Shown here piece by piece: positions 55,945-64,000 of a stretch of 64,000 nucleotides of DNA. Under the pieces are notes generated by a model. That model had not been told where the DNA came from. It saw nothing but the letters and a program-made list of their open reading frames with translations, and did no database searches. This stretch comes from an uncultured Bacteroidales bacterium (GTDB lineage: Bacteria > Bacteroidota > Bacteroidia > Bacteroidales > UBA4417). A program made the translations under genes and the position numbers. The stretch covers positions 10,621-74,620 of the forward strand of contig CAIJPI010000042.1 in NCBI GenBank assembly GCA_903822525.1, in the 5' to 3' direction. Each line of letters starts with the position of its first letter. The first letter of the stretch is position 1.

Positions 55945-56757
55945 TTACAGCTTGCTGATAACTTCATTGAATAGCCGGATAAGACCTATCTCGGCTTTGC
56001 CTGCTGTTTCCAATATATCTTCAAGTTTTGCAGGTACCAGGTTATCCGGATCGCACAAGTCAGTTACTACCGAAACGGCAGCGCAAGGTAATCCCATATG
56101 ATTGGCTATAATTACCTCAGGCACAGTCGACATTCCTACTACATCAGCGCCTATCAATCCCAGATACCGGTATTCAGCCCGGGTTTCGAGATTTGGACCG
56201 GAAACTACGGCATACACGCCTTTATGGAGTGTTATATTCAGTAGTTGGGCCGCTGTTTCCATTTTGTGATTGATTACCGGCGAATACGGGCAGCTCATAT
56301 CCGGGAAACGGGGGCCGAGTTCGTCGATATTTTTCCCGGTAAGCGGGTTTTCGGGTAAAAGATTAATATGATCATCAAGTAGCATTAAATCACCTTTCTG
56401 ATATGATTTATTGATTGCTCCGGCAGCATTTGAAAGCAAAAGCCATTTTACTCCAAGCATTTTCATTACTCTGATAGGCAAAGTTACCTGCTGTAAGGAA
56501 TATCCTTCGTAAATGTGAAACCTGCCTTGCATTGCCAAAACTTTATGCCCCTTAAGGTTACCGTAGATGAGCCTGCCTTTGTGGGATTCAACGGTCGAAA
56601 CCGGGAAATGAGGGATATCGGCATAGTCAATAGCAACTTCTATTTCGATTTCAGAAACCAGTTTGCCTAATCCTGTTCCTAAAACGATACCCGTGTCAGG
56701 AGATGTAATACCTTTGTGCTTCAGAAAAGCAGTTACTTCTTTTATTGTATCGAACAT
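55945..56757 (-). CDS. Purine nucleoside phosphorylase (trimeric PunA type)
   Basis: GIVLGTGLG...HKGRLIYG...MQGRFHIYEGY...VGMSTVPEV. Confidence 0.9.
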   Translation of the reverse strand: MFDTIKEVTAFLKHKGITSPDTGIVLGTGLGKLVSEIEIEVAIDYADIPHFPVSTVESHKGRLIYGNLKGHKVLAMQGRFHIYEGYSLQQVTLPIRVMKMLGVKWLLLSNAAGAINKSYQKGDLMLLDDHINLLPENPLTGKNIDELGPRFPDMSCPYSPVINHKMETAAQLLNITLHKGVYAVVSGPNLETRAEYRYLGLIGADVVGMSTVPEVIIANHMGLPCAAVSVVTDLCDPDNLVPAKLEDILETAGKAEIGLIRLFNEVISKL

Positions 56758-56779
56758 ATTGTAATCACTAAATGTTAGT

Positions 56780-57094
56780 TTGCAAAAGCGAAGTTACAGA
56801 AACAGTTTTAAAAATACCGGCTTGGAAAAACATAATTTTGAATCTCTTCGTGAGCAACTGTCTTTAAATATATCCTGGCCATCGGTTTACATGTTTAAAT
56901 TCATTGCTCCTGCCGAAAATCGCATATTTGCCTTGTTACATGAGTTGTTTCCTACCCAGGCTGACTTTACCAACAGGCAATCAAAAGGGGGCAAATATGT
57001 GAGCATAACAGTGAAAGAAGTCATGTTAAGTGTTGATGAAGTTATTGACCGTTACGAAAAAGCTTCAGCTATTGAGGGTGTTATTGTGTTGTAA
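56780..57094 (+). CDS. DUF493 (YbeD-like) protein
   Basis: WPSVYMFKFI...SKGGKYVSITV...IEGVIVL resembles YbeD. The start is uncertain: the track start is a TTG and no upstream in-frame ATG exists. Confidence 0.6.
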   Translation: MQKRSYRNSFKNTGLEKHNFESLREQLSLNISWPSVYMFKFIAPAENRIFALLHELFPTQADFTNRQSKGGKYVSITVKEVMLSVDEVIDRYEKASAIEGVIVL

Positions 57095-57142
57095 ATATTC
57101 GGAATTAGAATAGGCCTTTCATTTTAATTTCAATTAGTCTTT

Positions 57143-58222
57143 TCAGGTCCGAGCTAAGGCTTTCAGCAAAACAGAAATTTCATGTTCCAGGTTTGGCGTA
57201 AAAATACCTGTCCCGAGATTTTTGTCGATTTCAGAAAATGTCCAGAATCGGCCTTCATCAATTTCTGATTTATTAAATACCGGTGTAGCATTATACAATG
57301 CTCTGAAGCTAAATACCAGCTCTGATTCAATTTCAGTTTCCCACTTATACTGAACCAACGGGATAGGATGAATTCCTGTAATGTTAAGTTCTTCAGCAGT
57401 TTCACGGATCAGTGCCTGCTCAATTGTCTCACCTATATCAACATGCCCTCCGACTGAAGTATCCCATTTGCCAGGTTGGGTATCTTTATGCATTGCACGT
57501 TTCTGCAGATATATTTCACCTTTGCTGTTAATGATATGCAGATGTATAACAGGATGTAGCATGCCGGGCCCGTTATGCACTTCTTTGCGGGTTGCCCGGC
57601 CGGTAATCCGGCCATTTTCGTCGACCAGAGGAACCCACTCTGTATTTTTATCCGGGTTTTTATGTTTGTGCTTTGCAGAAAAATATTGCCAGGCAAAAAA
57701 CAATCCAAAAAGAATATACAGAAAAGCTCCGCTGATAAAGGCCCAGACTTCTTTGCTCAGATAGAAAGCTGAATATACGATGAGCAGTGTATAAGCCAGC
57801 ATCATCCAGAAAAGTATCTTCATGGTTTTTTGCATGGCTTTTTCAGCGCCTTCAGGCATCTTTAAATCACCCATATACCGCTGAGAATAAATCATGAGCA
57901 GGTTTTTGCTGCTGAAAGCTGAGAATCCGAGTACAGCACAGAAAATCAGATTGATCAACGCAGGTTTGAGTTTAAAGAATATTTCATCATTAAGCGCTAT
58001 GGATATACCGCCAAGCGCCACCAACAGAGCCGTATCGTAAAAGATAAACCTGTCAAAACGCTTTTCCCGCAAAAATACGTATGCAAGCTGTCCTACTCCA
58101 AAAACTACGGCAACAATAAGTCCTGCTTCAGTCGACCAGAATTCATCAACCAGTATAAATACGAATATAGGTAATAAGCCGGGAAGGAGTTTTTTGAAGA
58201 GATTCAGCTGATTGGAGTCCAT
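57143..58222 (-). CDS. Fusion protein: polytopic membrane domain (YciB/IspZ-like, tentative) + C-terminal NUDIX hydrolase
   Basis: The N-terminal roughly 190 aa contain about 5 TM helices. The C-terminal Nudix box is GGHVDIGETIEQALIRETAEELNI. Confidence 0.75.
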   Translation of the reverse strand: MDSNQLNLFKKLLPGLLPIFVFILVDEFWSTEAGLIVAVVFGVGQLAYVFLREKRFDRFIFYDTALLVALGGISIALNDEIFFKLKPALINLIFCAVLGFSAFSSKNLLMIYSQRYMGDLKMPEGAEKAMQKTMKILFWMMLAYTLLIVYSAFYLSKEVWAFISGAFLYILFGLFFAWQYFSAKHKHKNPDKNTEWVPLVDENGRITGRATRKEVHNGPGMLHPVIHLHIINSKGEIYLQKRAMHKDTQPGKWDTSVGGHVDIGETIEQALIRETAEELNITGIHPIPLVQYKWETEIESELVFSFRALYNATPVFNKSEIDEGRFWTFSEIDKNLGTGIFTPNLEHEISVLLKALART

Positions 58223-58226
58223 TGTT

Positions 58227-58339
58227 AGATTTCGGATTTCGGATTTCGGATTTCGGGTGTGGGATTTCGGATGTTAGATTTTGGATGTGTGATTTCAGAT
58301 GTTAGATTCGCATTTAGAGTAAAACAAGAACAGAGACTA
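58227..58339 (+). repeat. Degenerate GGATTTCG/GGATGT tandem array ending in AACAGAGACTA (same family as 20681-20834)
   Basis: AGATTTCGGATTTCGGATTTCGGATTTCGGGTGTGGGATTTCGGATGTTAGATTTTGGATGTGTGATTTCAGATGTTAGATTCGCA...AACAGAGACTA. It starts 5 nt upstream of the ATG of the minus-strand NUDIX gene. Confidence 0.75.
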
Positions 58340-58380
58340 CCAAATTTTAGTAATCGGCATTAGCATCCATTTAAAAACAG

Positions 58381-58411
58381 AAAAGGAGTTCTTGCCAGAA
58401 GAACTCCTTTT
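58381..58411. terminator. Rho-independent terminator downstream of rny
   Basis: AAAAGGAGTTCTT-GCCAG-AAGAACTCCTTTT: a 13-bp perfect stem with flanking A/T runs. Confidence 0.8.
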
Positions 58412-58427
58412 CTGAATTGTAAACTAT

Positions 58428-59993
58428 TTATTTTGCAAAACTAATAGCTCTTGTTTCGCGGATAACTGTAATTTTAATCTGACCCGGATATGTCATTTCT
58501 TCCTGTATTTTACGAGAAAGGTCGAAAGCTATCTGGTTTGATTCTTCATCCGTTACCTTATCAGCACCAACGATTACCCTTAATTCGCGTCCGGCTTGAA
58601 TGGCATAGGTTTTAACAACACCCGGGTATGATAATGCAAGTTCCTCAAGTTTGTTGAGTCGTTGTATATAGGCTTCAACAACTTCACGCCTCGCACCCGG
58701 ACGGGCACCTGAAATAGCATCACAAACCTGAACAATTGGAGCGATAAGCGTTTCCATCTCAATTTCATCGTGATGTGCTCCGATTGCATTGCAGATATCT
58801 GGTTGTTCTTTGTACTCCTTGGCTATTTTCATGCCGAGGATTGCGTGTGGTAATTCGGCATCGTTCTCGGCGACTTTTCCAATATCGTGGAGAAGTCCGG
58901 CACGTTTTGCTTTTTTTACGTTAAGACCGAGTTCGGCAGCCATGGTAGCACAAAGGTTTGCTACTTCGCGTGAATGCTGAAGAAGATTTTGTCCATAGGA
59001 TGAACGGTATTTCATACGGCCAATCAGCCTTACTAATTCAGGGTGAAGACCATGGATCCCCAGATCGATAGTAGTGCGTTTACCAGCTTCGATAATTTCC
59101 TGTTCGACTTGTTTTTTTGTTTTGGCTACAACTTCTTCGATACGTGCAGGGTGAATACGGCCGTCGGTTACCAGTTTATGAAGCGAAAGGCGTGCTATTT
59201 CCCTGCGAACCGGGTCGAAACCGGAAAGGATTATAGCATCAGGCGAATCGTCGATAATAATTTCGATTCCGGTCAGGGCTTCTAATGCACGGATGTTACG
59301 ACCTTCGCGGCCAATGATACGGCCTTTTATTTCTTCGCTTTCAATATTGAAAACGGAAACGGTGTTTTCGATTGTTTGCTCAGCAGCAGTACGTTGAATG
59401 GTTTCAACAATAATCTTTTTAGCTTCGTTATTGGCTCTCAGTTTAGCTTCATCAATAATGTCGTTGATGGATGCCATTGCCTGTGTGCGGGCTTCATCCT
59501 TCAGGTTTTCAACCAGTTGATTCTTTGCTTCGTCGGCGCTAAGGCCCGAAATGATTTCGAGTTGCTCAATATATTGTTTGTGAGCTTTGTCAATTTCCTG
59601 CTGTTTGCGGGTTATGACTTCTTTTTGCTGATCGAGGTTTGCTTTTGATTCAGTAACTTCTTTGAGCTGTTTCTGAACTTCTTCGTTTTTCTTTTGAACT
59701 TCGCTGTGTTGTTGGTTTAGTTGCTGTTCGCGTTGTTTCTGACGGTTTTCGTTTTTTGCAATCAGGTTGTTTTTTTCCTGAGTCATGTTTTCGTGATCCG
59801 TCTTAAGCTGGAGAAATTTCTCCTTTGCCTGGAGCATTTTCTCTTTTCTGATCATTTCTGCTTTTTCTTCAGCGTCCTGAATCAGATGAATGCTCTTTTT
59901 TTCGATCGACTTACGCAGCATGGATGTCGCCAAAGCGATTCCTGCACCTAACCCGACAATAGCTGCTATAACAGCTACTATAATATTGCTCAT
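58428..59993 (-). CDS. rny: Ribonuclease Y
   Basis: The ATG at 59991-59993 gives [18 protein letters not shown] (TM anchor), then a coiled coil, KH ([12 protein letters not shown]) and HD (LLHDIGK) domains. The track extension to 60095 lies inside a structured non-coding element. Confidence 0.92.
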   Translation of the reverse strand: MSNIIVAVIAAIVGLGAGIALATSMLRKSIEKKSIHLIQDAEEKAEMIRKEKMLQAKEKFLQLKTDHENMTQEKNNLIAKNENRQKQREQQLNQQHSEVQKKNEEVQKQLKEVTESKANLDQQKEVITRKQQEIDKAHKQYIEQLEIISGLSADEAKNQLVENLKDEARTQAMASINDIIDEAKLRANNEAKKIIVETIQRTAAEQTIENTVSVFNIESEEIKGRIIGREGRNIRALEALTGIEIIIDDSPDAIILSGFDPVRREIARLSLHKLVTDGRIHPARIEEVVAKTKKQVEQEIIEAGKRTTIDLGIHGLHPELVRLIGRMKYRSSYGQNLLQHSREVANLCATMAAELGLNVKKAKRAGLLHDIGKVAENDAELPHAILGMKIAKEYKEQPDICNAIGAHHDEIEMETLIAPIVQVCDAISGARPGARREVVEAYIQRLNKLEELALSYPGVVKTYAIQAGRELRVIVGADKVTDEESNQIAFDLSRKIQEEMTYPGQIKITVIRETRAISFAK

Positions 59994-60054
59994 TTCGTGT
60001 TGGTTATAAGGGTTTAACATATAACCGGATAAGGAAATAGCTTGAAGATAAAAG

Positions 60055-60256
60055 AAAAAACCCGCAGTTAATTCATGCATTTCGGGAAACCCCAAAACGA
60101 CAAGAATAGGCTGCCTGAAATCGTCGGACTTCCAATGTTCCCCGGAGGGAATCCTTTTACCCGAAGGAAAAGGTAAGGCCTGTCCTGTTATTTCAATAGC
60201 TTCGCCCGATTGTAAAAATGTTGAGTTTCCAAACGGATTGAATTAACGCGGGTTTT
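60055..60256 (-). ncRNA. Candidate structured RNA of about 200 nt (possibly 6S/SsrS-like, or an rny leader)
   Basis: An 18-bp closing helix with one bulge pairs 60239-60256 with 60057-60075 and is followed by a U-run. Two adjacent UNCG-tetraloop hairpins lie inside (minus strand CCUUUUCC-UUCG-GGUAAAAGG and UUCCC-UCCG-GGGAA). It lies 33 nt downstream of zapA. Confidence 0.4.
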
Positions 60257-60288
60257 AATCCTTGTATTTTTTCAAAGAACGTTGCGCA

Positions 60289-60582
60289 TCAGTCTTTTAG
60301 AGTTTCAGTCAATATGTTGTCAATGTCAGTTAGAGTAGTGGATAAACTGTTGGTTACAAATGATGCTTCATTTTGAGCATGAATAGCAAGTGTAGCAAAA
60401 TGTAATGCTACCATTGCCAGTAAATCCTGTTTGTCACTATAACGATAGTTTCCTGCATAATGGCTGATTTGTCCTTCAATATGTTTTGCCGCTTTGCGAA
60501 CAATTTCCTCTTCATTACGACCAATCGTGAGCCTGTAAGGCCTTCCTGCAATGGTAATGGTGATGGGTAATTCGTCTGCCAC
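60289..60582 (-). CDS. zapA: Cell division protein ZapA
   Basis: 97 aa; ITIAGRPYRLTI...EEEIVRKAAKHI...LLAMVAL pattern. Confidence 0.8.
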   Translation of the reverse strand: MADELPITITIAGRPYRLTIGRNEEEIVRKAAKHIEGQISHYAGNYRYSDKQDLLAMVALHFATLAIHAQNEASFVTNSLSTTLTDIDNILTETLKD

Positions 60583-60588
60583 AGGCTG

Positions 60589-60885
60589 TTATATTGTTTT
60601 ATTATTCAAAAGATCAATGCATGTATCAAGTTCCCGCAATAATTCGTTTATCTTCTTTTTGGCTTTGGATGATTCCTTGCCGGTTGGGATTGATTTTGCT
60701 ATTGTTAGTATTTGTATTTGTTTTTCTAGTTCAACAATGGTTTGCTTATGTAATGTTATACTGCTCTCAGTTTCAGTTTGCTTTTTCTGTAGTTGGTTAA
60801 AATTCTCATTTAGTTTTTTGTATCTGAGCGCAAGTTGCCTGCTTTTAATATCAAGCCCTTTTACCAGGTTGCTCAAATCTTCCAT
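60589..60885 (-). CDS. Hypothetical coiled-coil protein upstream of zapA
   Basis: 98 aa with heptad-rich sequence, 6 nt upstream of zapA. Confidence 0.55.
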   Translation of the reverse strand: MEDLSNLVKGLDIKSRQLALRYKKLNENFNQLQKKQTETESSITLHKQTIVELEKQIQILTIAKSIPTGKESSKAKKKINELLRELDTCIDLLNNKTI

Positions 60886-61434
60886 ACGCTATCAAGCTGC
60901 TTAATGTACGATGTATTAAGTGCAAAGATAGCTACTTAATGATATAATAACAATATTAAAACTTTAATTCTACGAAAAATTGTGTAAGAATTTATTAAAC
61001 AGTCTGTTAGTGTAAATTGCCAAGACTTTTCTCTTTATAAAGGTTTGCTTTTGATACTATAAAATTCAACAGAAAAATTCTTTTTATTGGAGTAAAACAG
61101 GTTGATTTTTAAACTGTCAGACTCGTTGTCCGGGAATAATTCAAGGTGCATTTAGTTGTTCGGATTTAATTTTGTGTTTTGCAGTTTTTCAAATTCGTAT
61201 ATTAAATTTGTTTCTGTTTTAGATGAGCACAAGAATGAAAATCATATTTATTCTGAACGGAATGTTTGTACCAGAGATTTCATATACCGGTTTACGAATC
61301 ATAGTTTGCTGGCATGAAAATAGAATATAAAACATGGTTATATCTGGTCAATGTTAATTAAGCTTTGACAGCCGGATCCTTTGTGCAAATAAAAAATAAG
61401 TGTTTGCCAATATATTTTCTATTATATTTGTATT

Positions 61435-62700
61435 ATGACTGAGGAATTCCTGCATTATATCTGGCAATACAGGCTTTATAAACCTGATCTGGTTTTGCAA
61501 ACCGGCGAGCAGGCAGATGTTCTGCATCCCGGTATACACAACCTGGATTCAGGTCCTGATTTCTTTAATGCAAAGGTTAGGATTGGCGAGACAATATGGG
61601 CAGGGAATGTTGAGATTCATATACATTCCTCCGACTGGAAACGTCATAACCACCAGCAGGATATCAGTTACGATAATGTAATTATGCATGTTGTGTGGCG
61701 TGATGATACTCCGGTTCTCCGTATGAATGGCTCAGAGATTCCAACACTAGCGCTTGATGGGTTGTATAACGAAAATTCCTGGAAGAACTATCTTCGCTTT
61801 ATGGCTTCGCAACAATGGATTCCTTGCGATACTATGATTTCAGGTGTAGATCCCTTCATCCGGAATGCCTGGTTCGACAGGGTGCTTGTTGAACGCCTCG
61901 AACGCAAAGCGCTGCAGGTTGAGCATATATTATCGCTTACCAACAATGACTGGGCGCATACATTTTACCGCCTGCTTGCCCGTAATATGGGATTTAAGCT
62001 GAATAACCAGGCTTTCGAAATGCTTGCACAATCGCTGCCCTACCCGTTTTTAGCAAAACATGCTGATGATTTATTCCAGATAGAAGCCATGGTTTTCGGG
62101 CAGGCCGGTTTACTCGAAAGTTCTTTTACAGACGAATATCCGCGTAAACTTAAAAAGGAATATGAATTCCTGAAAGGTAAATTTGATCTGAAACCGATTG
62201 ATGCTCATTTGTGGCGGTTTATGCGCTTACACCCCGGCAATTTTCCAACTCTGCGCCTGGCTCAGTTTGCCTCCATTATTCACCATTCAGGTTCCATGAT
62301 AAGTGAGTTGTTTAATTCGGTTGACGTAAATACTTATTATAAGCTTTTTAGTGTTGAAGCATCTGAATACTGGAATACACATTATACCTTTGAAAAAGCA
62401 TCGGCTTCCCGCAAAAAAACACTTGGCCGGTCATCTGTTGATTTGCTTGTTATTAACCTGGTTGCACCTATATTGTTAGCCTATGGCAGGCGCAAAGGCG
62501 ATACGCTTATGACAGGAAAACCAATTGATATTTTGATGCAGCTTAAAGGAGAAGAAAATTCCATGATACGTAAGTGGGCTGAATTGGACATGGATGTTTC
62601 CAATGCGGCATGCACACAGTCATTGCTTGAACTAAAAACAAATTATTGCGATTTGAAAAAGTGTTTAAACTGCAGCATAGGTAATTACTTGCTCAGGTAA
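61435..62700 (+). CDS. DUF2851 family protein
   Basis: N-terminal EEFLHYIWQYRLY...LDSGPDFFNAKVRIG...WAGNVEIHI...SDWKRHNH pattern; C-terminal CxxC. Confidence 0.75.
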   Translation: MTEEFLHYIWQYRLYKPDLVLQTGEQADVLHPGIHNLDSGPDFFNAKVRIGETIWAGNVEIHIHSSDWKRHNHQQDISYDNVIMHVVWRDDTPVLRMNGSEIPTLALDGLYNENSWKNYLRFMASQQWIPCDTMISGVDPFIRNAWFDRVLVERLERKALQVEHILSLTNNDWAHTFYRLLARNMGFKLNNQAFEMLAQSLPYPFLAKHADDLFQIEAMVFGQAGLLESSFTDEYPRKLKKEYEFLKGKFDLKPIDAHLWRFMRLHPGNFPTLRLAQFASIIHHSGSMISELFNSVDVNTYYKLFSVEASEYWNTHYTFEKASASRKKTLGRSSVDLLVINLVAPILLAYGRRKGDTLMTGKPIDILMQLKGEENSMIRKWAELDMDVSNAACTQSLLELKTNYCDLKKCLNCSIGNYLLR

Positions 62701-62787
62701 ACTGAAATCGCATCGTCAAAAAGGCTGCTCCTTTGAGCCAATGAATACAAAGGGTTTTCATAATTTGAATGTAAAATAAACTAATAC

Positions 62788-64000
62788 ATGGTAACTGAAA
62801 AGTCAGAATTTAAAAAAAGCCTTGGATTTTTAGATTCCACTGCCCTTGTAGCCGGTTCAATGATCGGTTCAGGTATTTTTATAGTAAGTGCCGACATTGC
62901 GCGTAATGTCGGTTCTCCAGGATGGATGCTCATAGTATGGGTAATCACTGGAATTATGACCATTTTTGCGGCTCTCAGTTATGGGGAACTGGCATCCATG
63001 ATGCCACGAGCCGGAGGCCAGTATGTATACCTGCGCGAAGCTTTCAATCCGTTGGCTGGATTTCTGTATGGCTGGACTTTTTTCACAGTAATACAGACCG
63101 GGACAATTGCAGCTGTTGGAATGGCTTTCGCAAAATTTGCAGGAGTGCTGGTCCCCTGGTTTTCTGAAAGTAATATTCTATTTCAGCTAGGGTTTTTCAA
63201 AATCAACACGGTACACCTTTTAGCTATTACAATGATAGTTGCCCTTACATTTAATAACCTGCAGGGTATAAAAAACGGGAAATGGGTTCAGAATATCTTC
63301 ACCATCCTGAAAGTAGGTTTACTAATCGGATTTATTGTGCTTGGACTTTTCTTTGCACGGAATCCGGAAGCAATGGCTGTAAACAGGAGCTATTTTTGGG
63401 AGCCGATCTCTATGGATGGTAAAATGTTAAGCGGATGGGCACTGATTGCTGCAATTGGTGTTGCCATGGTTGGTTCATTGTTTTCGTCCGATGCCTGGAA
63501 CAATATCACATTTGCAGCCGGAGAAGTGAAAAATCCAAAACGCAATATTCCACTCAGTCTGGTTACAGGGGTAACGCTTGTAACCATTCTTTATATCCTG
63601 GCAAATTTCGTATATCTGAATGCCCTTCCGCTACGCGGCATTCCTGGCGGAGTAGGAGTTTTTGAACGAGGGATGCAGTTTGCAGTTAACGACAGGCTTG
63701 GATCAGCTTCTATGTATGGTTTGTTCGGCTCCATGGCTGCTTTGTTTATGGCAGGATTTGTTGTGGTATCCACTTTTGGTTGCAATAACGGGCTGATTTT
63801 GTCAGGTGCCCGGGTTTATTATGCCATGGCGAAGGATAATCTCTTTTTTAAAAGTGCCGGTAAACTGAACAAGAATGCTGTTCCTGCTGCCGGATTAAAG
63901 GTTCAGGCGGTTTGGGCTTCGCTCCTTTGCTTATCGGGTACATACTCCAATCTTCTTGATTATGTCGTTTTTGCAGTATTAATATTTTACGTGCTAACCA
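62788..64000 (+). CDS. APC-superfamily amino acid permease (C-terminus beyond the window)
   Basis: My own translation from the ATG at 62788 gives MVTEKSELKKSLGFLDSTALVAGSMIGSGIFIVSADIA...FAALSYGELASMMPRAGGQYVYLREAF.... The frame stays open to the window end. It is absent from the ORF track because it is truncated. Confidence 0.85.
   Translation, partial: MVTEKSEFKKSLGFLDSTALVAGSMIGSGIFIVSADIARNVGSPGWMLIVWVITGIMTIFAALSYGELASMMPRAGGQYVYLREAFNPLAGFLYGWTFFTVIQTGTIAAVGMAFAKFAGVLVPWFSESNILFQLGFFKINTVHLLAITMIVALTFNNLQGIKNGKWVQNIFTILKVGLLIGFIVLGLFFARNPEAMAVNRSYFWEPISMDGKMLSGWALIAAIGVAMVGSLFSSDAWNNITFAAGEVKNPKRNIPLSLVTGVTLVTILYILANFVYLNALPLRGIPGGVGVFERGMQFAVNDRLGSASMYGLFGSMAALFMAGFVVVSTFGCNNGLILSGARVYYAMAKDNLFFKSAGKLNKNAVPAAGLKVQAVWASLLCLSGTYSNLLDYVVFAVLIFYVLT

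Noticed and set aside
58227-58310. The GGATTTCG tandem array as a possible CRISPR array.
   Set aside because: The units are 8 nt long and contiguous, with no spacers and no cas genes. It is a simple degenerate tandem repeat.
59994-60095. A 34-codon N-terminal extension of rny.
   Set aside because: RNase Y normally begins with its TM anchor (MSNIIVAV...). The extension lies inside the base-paired candidate RNA element and looks non-coding.
60551-60904. A 117-aa + strand ORF overlapping zapA and the upstream coiled-coil gene.
   Set aside because: The translation is hydrophobic and low-complexity, antisense to two co-oriented genes with sensible spacing. It is judged spurious.
60886-61434. A long AT-rich intergenic region (also 7813-8343, 9921-10445 and 12630-12969), examined for tRNA, sRNA or riboswitch-like structure.
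   Set aside because: I could not find convincing conserved-looking helices, tRNA T-arm motifs or terminator-flanked units by eye. These regions may hold promoters or sRNAs, but nothing is supportable without transcriptome or covariance data.

Overview
This is a chromosomal segment from a Bacteroidota-type genome. Supporting evidence: two T9SS C-terminal sorting domains, a 288-aa sigma-A, TAnnTTTG-type promoter boxes and no Shine-Dalgarno sequences. About 60 genes are supportable. On the minus strand, nuoA-J of a 14-subunit-type NADH dehydrogenase runs off the left edge; nuoB is broken at an A10 homopolymer. Next come an orphan Na+-decarboxylase beta subunit, a leaderless peptidoglycan hydrolase plus patatin lipase pair, a CotH protein, a DUF302 protein and a membrane MutS-related ATPase. 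A PIN/antitoxin module follows, then a visibly G+C-richer mutagenesis cassette (LexA-like repressor divergent from dinB-dnaE2) bounded by unusual G/T-rich low-complexity repeats. Housekeeping genes follow: ychF, mltG, dapF, htrA, rpoD. An arsC-less ars operon (arsR, arsP, thioredoxin-like genes, CcdA-like gene, acr3) sits next to the most interesting region. That region (34.6-42.5 kb) is a candidate sigma54-dependent operon encoding a PstS-like/TM/GcvH-like fusion, a Tat-exported HybA-like 4x[4Fe-4S] protein, an NrfD-like membrane subunit and a second TM/GcvH-like protein. It is followed by a sensor kinase with haem-c attachment motifs and an NtrC-type activator, and no catalytic or cytochrome partner is present. 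I do not recognise this composition as a described complex. Downstream are peptidases, GH31 and GH35 glycosidases, a BNR/PKD T9SS protein, PNP, a NUDIX fusion, rny, a candidate roughly 200-nt structured RNA (possibly 6S-like) downstream of zapA, a DUF2851 protein and a truncated amino-acid permease. I saw no rRNA, tRNA, CRISPR array or transposase. All calls come from reading the sequence and translations only. No database search was run.
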